From the NCBI GenBank assembly GCA_907165135.1, contig OU015568.1, positions 16,503,208 to 16,567,207 on the forward strand: a DNA stretch of 64,000 nucleotides, read 5' to 3'. The stretch comes from Oikopleura dioica (lineage: Eukaryota; Animalia; Chordata). The position numbers and the translations under genes were made by a program. The notes beneath the pieces are model-generated. The model was not told the DNA's origin. It saw only the letters and a program-made list of their open reading frames with translations, and ran no database searches. Below are positions 35,481 through 45,498 of the stretch, in pieces; position 1 is the stretch's first letter, and each line of letters begins with the position of its first letter.

Positions 35481-36945
35481 ATGACGAATTCCAGAGCAAA
35501 ACCGAGAATAAGACATAGCAAGACCGGGAAGAGCGAGAATCAAAATCCAATTCATATTACAATAGTTGGAGCTCCAAAAGTGGGGAAATCGGCACTAGCG
35601 GTTCGACTTTTGACAAACAGATTTATCGGGTAAGAATTGAATTTCTTGAGTTTTTCTTTGGGAAGCTCCTTCCTGGGCTTGGTAACCTGTGGACGAAACC
35701 TAAGTCAGGGCCTAAAAGAGCTTGGATGAAAAGCCGCAAAGCGGTTTTTTGAAAGACAAAGCCGCAGAGCGGCTTCGCCAAAACAAAGAATTGATAAATA
35801 TTGATCAAAAATAATTTAATACGAATGATCAATTTTTATCAATTTTATTCTTTGCGGCTTCGTTTTTAAAAGCCGCTTCGCGGCTTTTCATTCAAGCTCT
35901 TTCGGATCCTGAGTCACACTCTTAGACTCGAGTACAAGTAGGTTATTGTCAATAACCTCTTGTTTTCAGGGAATACGCGTCGAATGTCACAGGCGTCTAC
36001 GAAAAACTATGGGAAAAGTTTAATAAAAACACGTACTATTCATTAAGGTAAGGTCCAACAATGAGAAATAGCTTAATTTGGGCAAAAATTAAGGACCTGC
36101 GATCTTGGGTCGTAGGATTTTTGTATTCGAAAATTCCACACTCGATTTTTTCAATTATTTCAAGCGCCTTTTAATTAGGCCTTTTATTGAAGTTTTGCAG
36201 AACTAAAATCGACGTGGAAAAGGGTGTAAATATTTGAAGAATGATTTCTCGTTCAGGATCTAAATATCTACACGCCAGGCGACATTTCTTACAATACCAT
36301 GTGGTCCGACGCAGTGTTGTTGGTTTATTCACACAGCGACGCCACTTCGTTGAAAATCGCCACTTGTTTCAGCGAACAAATTGAACGCGCCGCCATCAGC
36401 ATGCGCATTCGCCCGCCGATTATTTGGCTTGTTGGTGAGTTTTTTCCTTAGGTTGACAAAATACAGCTGAAAATGAAAAAGATATGTAAAAATGCAGTAA
36501 TTGAGCTGACACACGTATGCTCCGACAAATTTTCGAAAGCTTATATCGCGTAATTTCGCCGTGGCTTTTTGTGATAAGCCCCAACAAGTGCTAGAATTTC
36601 GCCCAGTGTGTCAACTTTCACATCTTTTCTCGAAAGCGAAATGCGGCAATTTGGGTTCTTTTCAATTTTTCAGGAAACAAATCAGATCGCGGAAACCTTA
36701 AAAATCACATCGACCACCACAGCCTTCAGCACGAATGCGACGGTTTCAGCGACATCAGCGTCAAAGAAGACGCCCCGACTGAAATTCTGAAAATGATCGA
36801 CGACATCGTTTCTATCACAATCAAGCGAAAAATCCAGTGCCAGTACAAATCCTCCAACACGAATCTGAGCTCGCCGGTGCCGATGCCCAGGAGATCAAAA
36901 GTTTTGACGCTTTGCACACCATTGAGAGGCAGTTTCCGGCGCTAA
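35481..36945 (+). CDS. Ras-family small GTPase, RERG/RERGL/RASL11-12-like; exons approx. 35481-35629, 35970-36047, 36257-36434, 36674-36945
   Basis: G1 IVGAPKVGKSALAVRLLTNRFIGEYASN; WSDAVLLVYS; G4 LVGNKSD; no CAAX seen. The phase between exons 2 and 3 is inconsistent by one base. Confidence 0.82.
35674..35917. mobile_element. Family A MITE in GTPase intron 1
   Basis: ctgggcttggtaacctgtggacgaaacctaagtcaggg; gccgc/gcggc hairpins; cctgagtca. Confidence 0.7.
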
Positions 36946-37040
36946 AAGGTAACCCAAAATATAATTGATTTTTTAAAAATATATTCAGGCGCAAAAAGAA
37001 CAGAGGCTCCTTTTCAAAGTTGTTTTGGAAGTAAAAATCT

Positions 37041-40000
37041 TCATTTCGCCGACACCGGACTTTTCGCTTTTTGCATAAATGGAATCACTCGTCTCTTCGC
37101 TGTTGTTTTCTTCTCCGACAAAACTGTTAAAATAAATATTAATTAATTAGAAAAAATAAGTTTACTTTTCAAATGGACGCCAAAAACGATCAGCGCGAGA
37201 ATAAAAATTCCGATAAAAATGGCCGTCGGAATTGCGATCATTTTCTCTTCAAAACTAAATTGTAGAAAAAGTCGATGAATTCGTGTTTGTCCATTTTCAG
37301 AGGAAAGTTGAAGGTTTTTGACGCGCTGTTTTTATGCATTGATGGCAGATGCGACGAGATCAAGATATTTTTGTAGTTTTAATGAAATCATGGAGGAGAA
37401 TTATTGTATTTTTAAACTGCGGATTCCAATTTTAACGCTTGAACGCACGTTTGAAAAGTTTCGCTGAACGCATATTGCGCAGATTTCTGCGCAGTGCCTT
37501 TGAAGGGTTCTAGCGTCGACTTATTAAAAGATTTTAGAATATTGAACATACCTGATTAAAGTTGAGACGCTTGGCGACAAGAAAAATATAGTTTTGAGTC
37601 CTAACCCTAACCTTAACCTAGCTTAAACAGGTGATTTCGAGTACTACCCAAAAATATGCCATTTTCTCAAGTTTGATCGAATCAAATGCAAAAGAAGGTA
37701 TTATTTTAAGAATAAGTCGTCATTTTGATCTTTTTAAGAGGTAAGCTTTTACTAAAATTTAAATAAACCATGAAAAAATAACTGATTTCGTCAAAAAGAG
37801 TCAGTTTACTTGTAAAATTTTGAGGATTTGAAATCGACGGAAATTTTCGCTCTGAAGCCAAAATTTTTACCTGAGGTAAAAAATTTTTTGATGTTCTTCT
37901 TGGTTTTTTATTGTCGAAGGCAAGTGATAATTGTATATCTGCAAGAACCGCGGAAACAAGTGCGGGACCATGTGGTCCAACAAAAGGTAGACATAAACCT
38001 TTGTCCACAGCAAGGATTCCACGCTAGAAATGAATTCTGGCTTGGCAAATACCAATCGAATGTCAGTCTTTGGCGAGTTGAAGCGTCGATCTTGGTGGTG
38101 CCAAATTTCTAGTTCTTGTCGATCGAGAACGAGATTAGGCGTTTCAGAAAGATCGTCTTCGTGATCATATTCGGTTTCGATGGAAAAATCGCTTGGGAAA
38201 AATATGTTCTCTTCTGGAAATCCGAAATCTTCGTTGATTTCTGGCTCAGAAAGTCTTTGGTAAAGCTCGGAATCAATGTCTGAAACTTGGTACAGTGGGT
38301 TGCGCAGGTAGTTGCCCCTTTGCGATTGCCGCTTTGGTTGCCCCTTCGCCCGCGCTTTTTCTATTGGTCGAGAAAATATAATTTTCACCAAAATTTCCAA
38401 ACTTTTTTTGTTTTCTCTATACTCTAGATGCGTTCTAGAGGTCCTAAAACTCCCCTTTCGCCAGAAAAACCACGTGAAGCAAAGAAAAAATCGAGAGTAT
38501 AGAGAAAACAAAAAAAGTTTGGAAATTTTGGTGAAAATTATATTTTTCTCGACCATTGTTTCTTTCTAGACTTGCTCAAAGTGATTGCAGGATTGGTTGA
38601 CCCTTCACCCGCACTTTAGGGGGCAACTACCTGCGCAACCCACTGTAGTTAGTTTGGCTTTTTCGTCGAAACGATCTGTTTGGCCTTTGAAAGTTTTGAA
38701 ATGATCGAAATCAGAAGATTTCTTGGGTGAAGTTCTTGAATAAGCTTCTTGAGCAGTTTCCTGTCGAATTTGTCATTTTCCGAAGGTCCCGAAAGAAGAA
38801 AACTTGGATTTTTCCATCAAAAGATCTTCAACAATTCCTCTCGCAAAACTAACATCGCTCACGTGTTCTTTGCTGTGGTATTTTAATTTTTCGCGGAGGA
38901 CGATTTCATTCCAATATCGCGATGAAGGTGGGTTTCTTTTCAGCATTTCGATGTATTCAAATGTCAATGCAAGAACATCTTCCCAGAAATCCAAGCCTTT
39001 GTCAGTAAATCTCAAATCAATAAGGAGAAAAGCTATTCCAGGAGCATAATCTTTAGTGTTTGCTTTCAGTCCATCAATGAAACCTTCTGTTTCTAATTTT
39101 TGAAACAAGGATTTTGGCCCTTTCTCATTGATAAGGCTCGTTATATAAGTTCGAGGACTGATCTTTTTATCTGTTTCTCGCGGTTGCACTTGAAAAATGA
39201 GGCTCATTTTATGTTCACTGGATATTCTTTCAATTCTCGCAATTTTTCCAAGATCTCGTTTTCTGAAAGCCAGATAGAAAATTGGATCCGGCAAGTTCAA
39301 GTCCGGTAAATCGGCAAAAGAATGAAGAACTGCGTTTTCCATCGTGTCGAGAGAGATATTTTTGCTCGAAATGACAAGAGCCATGCCGTTGGAGGAGTAA
39401 TAGCTTTCGTGGAATTTTCGCAGCTTTTGGGCGATTTCAGCGTCTGTCTGATTTTGGCGTAAAGATTCTTCATTTCCAATGAAAACGGAGCTGAGTTGAT
39501 GTTTCGGATTTGAAAGCTTGAAGAAAACTGCGTATTCTTTGAAGCGATCAGCTTGTCGTCTACCAAGCCATTCGGAATTCACCGCTTAATTTTAGTTAAA
39601 AAAATTGCAAAAACGAGTTCTACCGTCTATTTCTTGAGTAATCAGACTTTCATCAAGTTTTGGCGATTTTATAAAATCTGCTAGTCTATCTGCTCCTTCA
39701 AGCACTGCTTCTCCAGGAAGAACATCAAAGAAAAACAGAGTCCGCTTCAAACTAGTCAACGCATTGTTTCTTCCGCCATTTGAATAAACGAAATTCTTGT
39801 AACCAAGTATTTCTGGATAATTTTGGAGGAACGACTCACCATGTGCTCGAGAAAATGAGCCATTCCTTTCATATCACTACGGAAAAATCGACTCGTTAAT
39901 TGAATAAAAGAACTTACGGAGGATCCTCTAGCATTCCAACGGAAATGCCAAGAGAGACGGAATCTTTGACAGCTAAATCATCTTTTACCAGGACCACTTT

Positions 40001-40157
40001 CATCCTGTTCTTGAGCTGTAAGTATCGAAATTCTTTCTTATCATTTTCCGCTTTTCCAACATCATCTTTTATCTCAAGAAAAGAAGCGACTCTTTCACGG
40101 TAATTTTCTTCCACCGCTTGTGATAGAACATCGAAAAATAACTGAAGAAGAGTCCAT
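37041..40157 (-). CDS. Insulysin/nardilysin-like M16A metallopeptidase (copy 1), probably ending in a TM helix and basic tail
   Basis: DKKEFRYLQLKNRMKVVLVKD; GMAHFLEHM (HXXEH); NGGRNNALTS; LRKFHESYYSSNGMALVI; FPEENIFFPSDF. Terminal exons 37166-37324 and 37041-37123 are linked by inference. Homopolymer frameshifts near 39820 and 38815. Confidence 0.8.
38293..38645. mobile_element. Tc1/mariner-like MITE, 353 bp, inside the M16 gene
   Basis: TA|CAGTGGGTTGCGCAGGTAGTTGCCCC ... GGGGCAACTACCTGCGCAACCCACTG|TA; perfect 26-bp TIR. Confidence 0.9.
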
Positions 40158-40663
40158 ATTTTGGGGTAAGAGGGATTCGCCTGCCCCCAATCCGGCGGGT
40201 GACAAAAATGACCGGACCAAGCGGGTGACAAGCCCAACACGGCCTAACTGCCCAGCTCTGCGGGGAACAGCGAGGCTAAGTGGGAAATCGCTAATTTATC
40301 GAGGAAAATCATGATCAGAGGGTTGTTGCGACGGTCTAGCTTATCTGCACAAGGTTCACTTTTCGGAGGATCATGAGCATTTTCTGCTTGCTGAATTTTT
40401 ATGCACGAATTTTATACAACAGACCTTTATTGAACCCTGTCGGACATCCTTAATGAATAATTAATCATAATTTATGAACTAAAGACTCAAAATCGTTTAC
40501 TTTAGGAAAACATTCCGATCTCATAATGGCAGACGAAATATAATCCCGTCTTTTACGAATCCTGTGTCGAGGAATAATGGAACAAAGACTTTGGAAGGTC
40601 GTGCTGTTTTCTTAGTCAAAGAAAGTTTAGTCGACTGAGAATGAGAGAGAACGACGATTACGA

Positions 40664-42584
40664 AGAAAGTCTTTGGTAAAGCTCGGAATCAATGTCTGAA
40701 ACTTGGTACAGTGGGTTGCGCAGGTAGTTGCCCCTTTGCGATTGCCGCTTTGGTTGCCCCTTCGCCCGCGCTTTTTCTATTGGTCGAGAAAAATATAATT
40801 TTCACCAAAATTTCCAAACTTTTTTGTTTTCTCTATACTCTAGATGCGTTCTAGAGCTCCTAAAACTCCCCTTTCGCCAGAAAAAACCACGTGAAGCAAA
40901 GAAAAAAAATCGAGAGTATAGAGAAAACAAAAAAAAAAGTTTGGAAATTTTGGTGAAAATTATATTTTTCTCGACCATTGTTTCTTTCTAGACTTGCTCA
41001 AAGTGATTGCAGGATTGGTTGACCCTTCACCCGCACTTTAGGGGGCAACTACCTGCGCAACCCACTGTAGTTAGTTTGGCTTTTTTCGTCGAAACGATCT
41101 GTTTGGCCTTTGAAAGTTTTGAAATGATCGAAATCAGAAGATTTCTTGGGTGAAGTTCTTGAATAAGCTTCTTGAGCAGTTTCCTGTCGAATTTGTCATT
41201 TTCCGAAGGTCCCGAAAGAAGAAAACTTGGATTTTTTCCATCAAAAAGATCTTCAACAATTCCTCTCGCAAAACTAACATCGCTCACGTGTTCTTTGCTG
41301 TGGTATTTTAATTTTTCGCGGAGGACGATTTCATTCCAATATCGCGATGAAGGTGGGTTTCTTTTCAGCATTTCGATGTATTCAAATGTCAATGCAAGAA
41401 CATCTTCCCAGAAATCCAAGCCTTTGTCAGTAAATCTCAAATCAATAAGGAGAAAAGCTATTCCAGGAGCATAATCTTTAGTGTTTGCTTTCAGTCCATC
41501 AATGAAACCTTCTGTTTCTAATTTTTGAAACAAGGATTTTGGCCCTTTCTCATTGATAAGGCTCGTTATATAAGTTCGAGGACTGATCTTTTTATCTGTT
41601 TCTCGCGGTTGCACTTGAAAAATGAGGCTCATTTTATGTTCACTGGATATTCTTTCAATTCTCGCAATTTTTCCAAGATCTCGTTTTCTGAAAGCCAGAT
41701 AGAAAATTGGATCCGGCAAGTTCAAGTCCGGTAAATCGGCAAAAGAATGAAGAACTGCGTTTTCCATCGTGTCGAGAGAGATATTTTTGCTCGAAATGAC
41801 AAGAGCCATGCCGTTGGAGGAGTAATAGCTTTCGTGGAATTTTCGCAGCTTTTGGGCGATTTCAGCGTCTGTCTGATTTTGGCGTAAAGATTCTTCATTT
41901 CCAATGAAAACGGAGCTGAGTTGATGTTTCGGATTTGAAAGCTTGAAGAAAACTGCGTATTCTTTGAAGCGATCAGCTTGTCGTCTACCAAGCCATTCGG
42001 AATTCACCGCTTAATTTTAGTTAAAAAAATTGCAAAAAACGAGTTCTACCGTCTATTTCTTGAGTAATCAGACTTTCATCAAGTTTTGGCGATTTTATAA
42101 AATCTGCTAGTCTATCTGCTCCTTCAAGCACTGCTTCTCCAGGAAGAACATCAAAGAAAAACAGAGTCCGCTTCAAACTAGTCAACGCATTGTTTCTTCC
42201 GCCATTTGAATAAACGAAATTCTTGTAACCAAGTATTTCTGGATAATTTTTGGAGGAACGACTCACCATGTGCTCGAGAAAATGAGCCATTCCTTTCATA
42301 TCACTACGGAAAAATCGACTCGTTAATTGAATAAAAGAACTTACGGAGGATCCTCTAGCATTCCAACGGAAATGCCAAGAGAGACGGAATCTTTGACAGC
42401 TAAATCATCTTTTACCAGGACCACTTTCATCCTGTTCTTGAGCTGTAAGTATCGAAATTCTTTCTTATCATTTTCCGCTTTTCCAACATCATCTTTTATC
42501 TCAAGAAAAGAAGCGACTCTTTCACGGTAATTTTCTTCCACCGCTTGTGATAGAACATCGAAAAATAACTGAAGAAGAGTCCAT
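40664..42584 (-). pseudogene. 3'-truncated second copy of the M16A peptidase (5' exons only)
   Basis: Same HFLEH exon and 326-aa ORF (41027-42007); truncated at the duplication junction. Confidence 0.75.
40709..41067. mobile_element. Duplicated copy of the Tc1/mariner-like MITE
   Basis: Same TIRs and TA flanks as 38293-38645. Confidence 0.9.
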
Positions 42585-43829
42585 ATTTTGGGGTAAGAGG
42601 GATTCGCCTGCCCCCAATCCGGCGGGTGACAAAAATGACCGGACCAAGCGGGTGACAAGCCCAACACGGCCTAACTGCCCAGCTCTGCGGGGAACAGCGA
42701 GGCTAAGTGGGAAATCGCTAATTTATCGAGGAAAATCATGATCAGAGGGTTGTTGCGACGGTCTAGCTTATCTGCACAAGGTTCACTTTTCGGAGGATCA
42801 TGAGCATTTTCTGCTTGCTGAATTTTTATGCACGAATTTTATACAACAGACCTTTATTGAACCCTGTCGGACATCCTTAATGAATAATTAATCATAATTT
42901 ATGAACTAAAGACTCAAAATCGTTTACTTTAGGAAAACATTCCCATCTCATAATGGCAGACGAAATATAATCCCGTCTTTTACGAATCCTGTGTCGAGGA
43001 ATAATGGAACAAAGACTTTGGAAGGTCGTGCTGTTTTCTTAGTCAAAGAAAGTTTAGTCGACTGAGAATGAGAGAGAACGACGATTACGAAGAGTACGAC
43101 AGATATCCTAATGCTCCTCCTGAAGAACCAGTTGTTAGGAGCCGGTTTTTTCACCACAATCATCATCGAGATAAATCTCCGAGTAACGTTTGTTATTAAA
43201 ATCGCCAAAAAGAACTCAGCCAGATAAGAGAAAATCAAAGATAAATCCATACGCGCAGAAAGTCATCCTCGGGTAACAAATATTTTCATTTTTCACTTCT
43301 TATTCGAATAAAGCCAGTGGCAGGCAGAACTGACTGCTTGCAAACCGTGCTGTGGCCATTCGCCGCTCAACTGCTGCGTCAACTTTTGGTTTCCCTGCTT
43401 TGGCGTAACAGATGTAGCTCAAAAATACGGCCATGGTTGGATAATGTCTGTGGCGCTAGGATCCGCGGTCGCTTGCTGTTTTGGACTTTCCTGGTCATTT
43501 TGTCCGCTTCCTTGCGCGCTATCGCCTTGCAGCTCGTGTTTTCTCTGCTGCTTGAGGACAGAAGTACGAGAAAAACATGGAGTGAAGGGAGGCTGTTGCT
43601 TGGGTAGGTACAAATTTTAAATCTGGGAAAAATGATTTTAGATTGGTTCGCTGCACTCTGCTGCTCAGCTTGTGTGATAAGTCAGATGCAGTTGCAAGCC
43701 AAACTCAATGAAAGAAATTAAACAGTTTTCTAAGCAAATTTTGCTTGAAAATTTGGCTTTGCTTCATTATTTGATTTCAAGAAATAAAAGAAACACTTGA
43801 AATATTTATTAAACTTAAAATTTTTAAGC

Positions 43830-44249
43830 ATCGGCAATGCTCCTGTTTACCAAGTTAACTTAATTTTGTTTTTCATGAAATATTTTCGAGATAAATTACT
43901 TATATTCAGCTCCAACTTTATTGACGACGATGCTCGGCCCAGGAATTTGGCCATTGATTGTTATTACTTTTCGCATTTCTTGGCCGTCGACGAGAAATAG
44001 ATTCTCAAGCTCGTCTAACGGATATTTTACATTTCCGTCCTTGTCGAATATCTCGTTCACGCCCTTGTTGATGTCTTCTTGAATGATATCAAAATTCCGC
44101 TTCGTATTGTTCCAGCTGATCGGGAAGTCTCAATGTTCCAGAGATACTAGCAAACGGAGTCAGTACAAGCCTTCATACAAGCTTCATCGTAATTGCAGAT
44201 GATCTCTGCGCGAACGAAGTTGAAACAAAAAAAATACATAGAGAAACAT
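43830..44249 (-). pseudogene. Laccase-like multicopper oxidase 5' fragment, disrupted
   Basis: Signal-like start; CNYDEACMKACTDSVC*YLWNIE (in-frame TAG at 44147-44149); after a frameshift LVDGQEMRKVITINGQIPGPSIVV. No downstream HWHG found. Confidence 0.5.
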
Positions 44250-44549
44250 CTGATTCCGAAACAGACTTTCTCAAAATGAAAGTGCTTTTTCAGGACAACA
44301 CTTGATTTTATTTATGTCAAAGTTTGATTTTCCACTTTCATGATGTAGTCTTACCTGTCTTTTACGTTTAAATAGGCAGTGAAAACACTGTAAAACTGAA
44401 TAACACTCCATTCAAAATTAGGGCAATTCAGATGACTTTTGAAATTGCTTACTCTGGCGAAGCTCGGCGTTTTACAAATACGAAACTATCTGCAGTTTTT
44501 CAACAATTAATGAATTTTTCAGAAGACTTTGCTCATTTATCTTGCTTAA

Positions 44550-45301
44550 GGATATAGCCTATGAAATTGAACTTTCATAGCGCCTAAATGCGACGTCGGA
44601 TCATCTTATTTCAAAAGTATTCCTATTAAAAAATGTATGCAGAACTCGATTCTGGTACTTTTTTAAAACTTTTCATTCGAATTTTTCTCTGTAGAGCGTT
44701 TTGAAATCTTACGATCGCGATTTCTCGAAATATTTACATTAAATTGCTAAAACTAAACCAATGACTGCATTAGCAAAATGCTTTAATAAAATATTGTGGC
44801 TGAAAAATCCTCAAACTTGGCCAAATTTTCATTCTAGTGTTTTCCTCTTTCTTGCTCCTGTTTTTCTTCCATGCGCGCTTTTTTGGATCCAACCAATCAG
44901 AGCGCTCTTTCAAACGCGCAGACTTTCTCGGGAAAGAGGAGTCGAGAGATCGAGCACCCAGCGCAGCGCTTTTTACACTATTCACGCGCTGGGGAAGTCT
45001 CATGGAAATGGCTCTAAAATCGGTTTTTGTCGGGATAAGAGAAAACCGAACCCACAATATTGTAGATAAGGGTCTAGATTACTTTTTTATCAAAAAAACT
45101 CGACCGATTTAATGTAAATATTTCGAGAAATCGCGATCGTAAGATTTCAAAACGCTCTACAGAGAAAAATTCGAATGAAAAGTTTTAAAAAAGTACCAGA
45201 ATCGAGTTCTGCATACATTTTTTAATAGGAATACTTTTGAAATAAGATGATCCGACGTCGCATTTAGGCGCTATGAAAGTTCAATTTCATAGGCTATATC
45301 C
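44550..45301. mobile_element. Young foldback TTAA-target element (Kolobok-like termini), 752 bp
   Basis: TTAA|GGATATAGCCTATGAAATTG ... CAATTTCATAGGCTATATCC|TTAA; ~195-bp arms with no mismatch I could see. Confidence 0.92.
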
Positions 45302-45498
45302 TTAAATAATTTATCGATGTAGGTTTTATTGCTCATGCACGGCATCGCGAGTAAACAGAATCGAACATTTCATAGATTTTGATCAATGCAGGTAACGCCC
45401 ATGAGAAAAATATTATTTTACGGTTTTTGGGTTTGTGTTGTGGCTCGTGAGTCGTCCTTGTCTTCAGGCAATCGTAATAATAGTAGTTCCAATTTTCT

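Larger units (their letters stand above)
38248..43093. repeat. Tandem duplication of a ~2.42 kb unit (38248-40666 and 40664-43093)
   Basis: Near-identical copies; junction ...gattacga-aga-aagtctttgg with 3-nt AGA microhomology; the differences I could see are mostly homopolymer lengths plus two substitutions. Confidence 0.92.

Noticed and set aside
38293-38556. N-terminal part of ORF 37867-38556 (and ORFs 38312-38569, 40728-40991) as protein
   Set aside because: It is translated from the Tc1-like MITE palindrome.
42948-43613. Operon of minus-strand ORFs upstream of the peptidase
   Set aside because: The ORFs are short and unrecognisable; trans-splicing or operon status cannot be judged without 5' transcript data.
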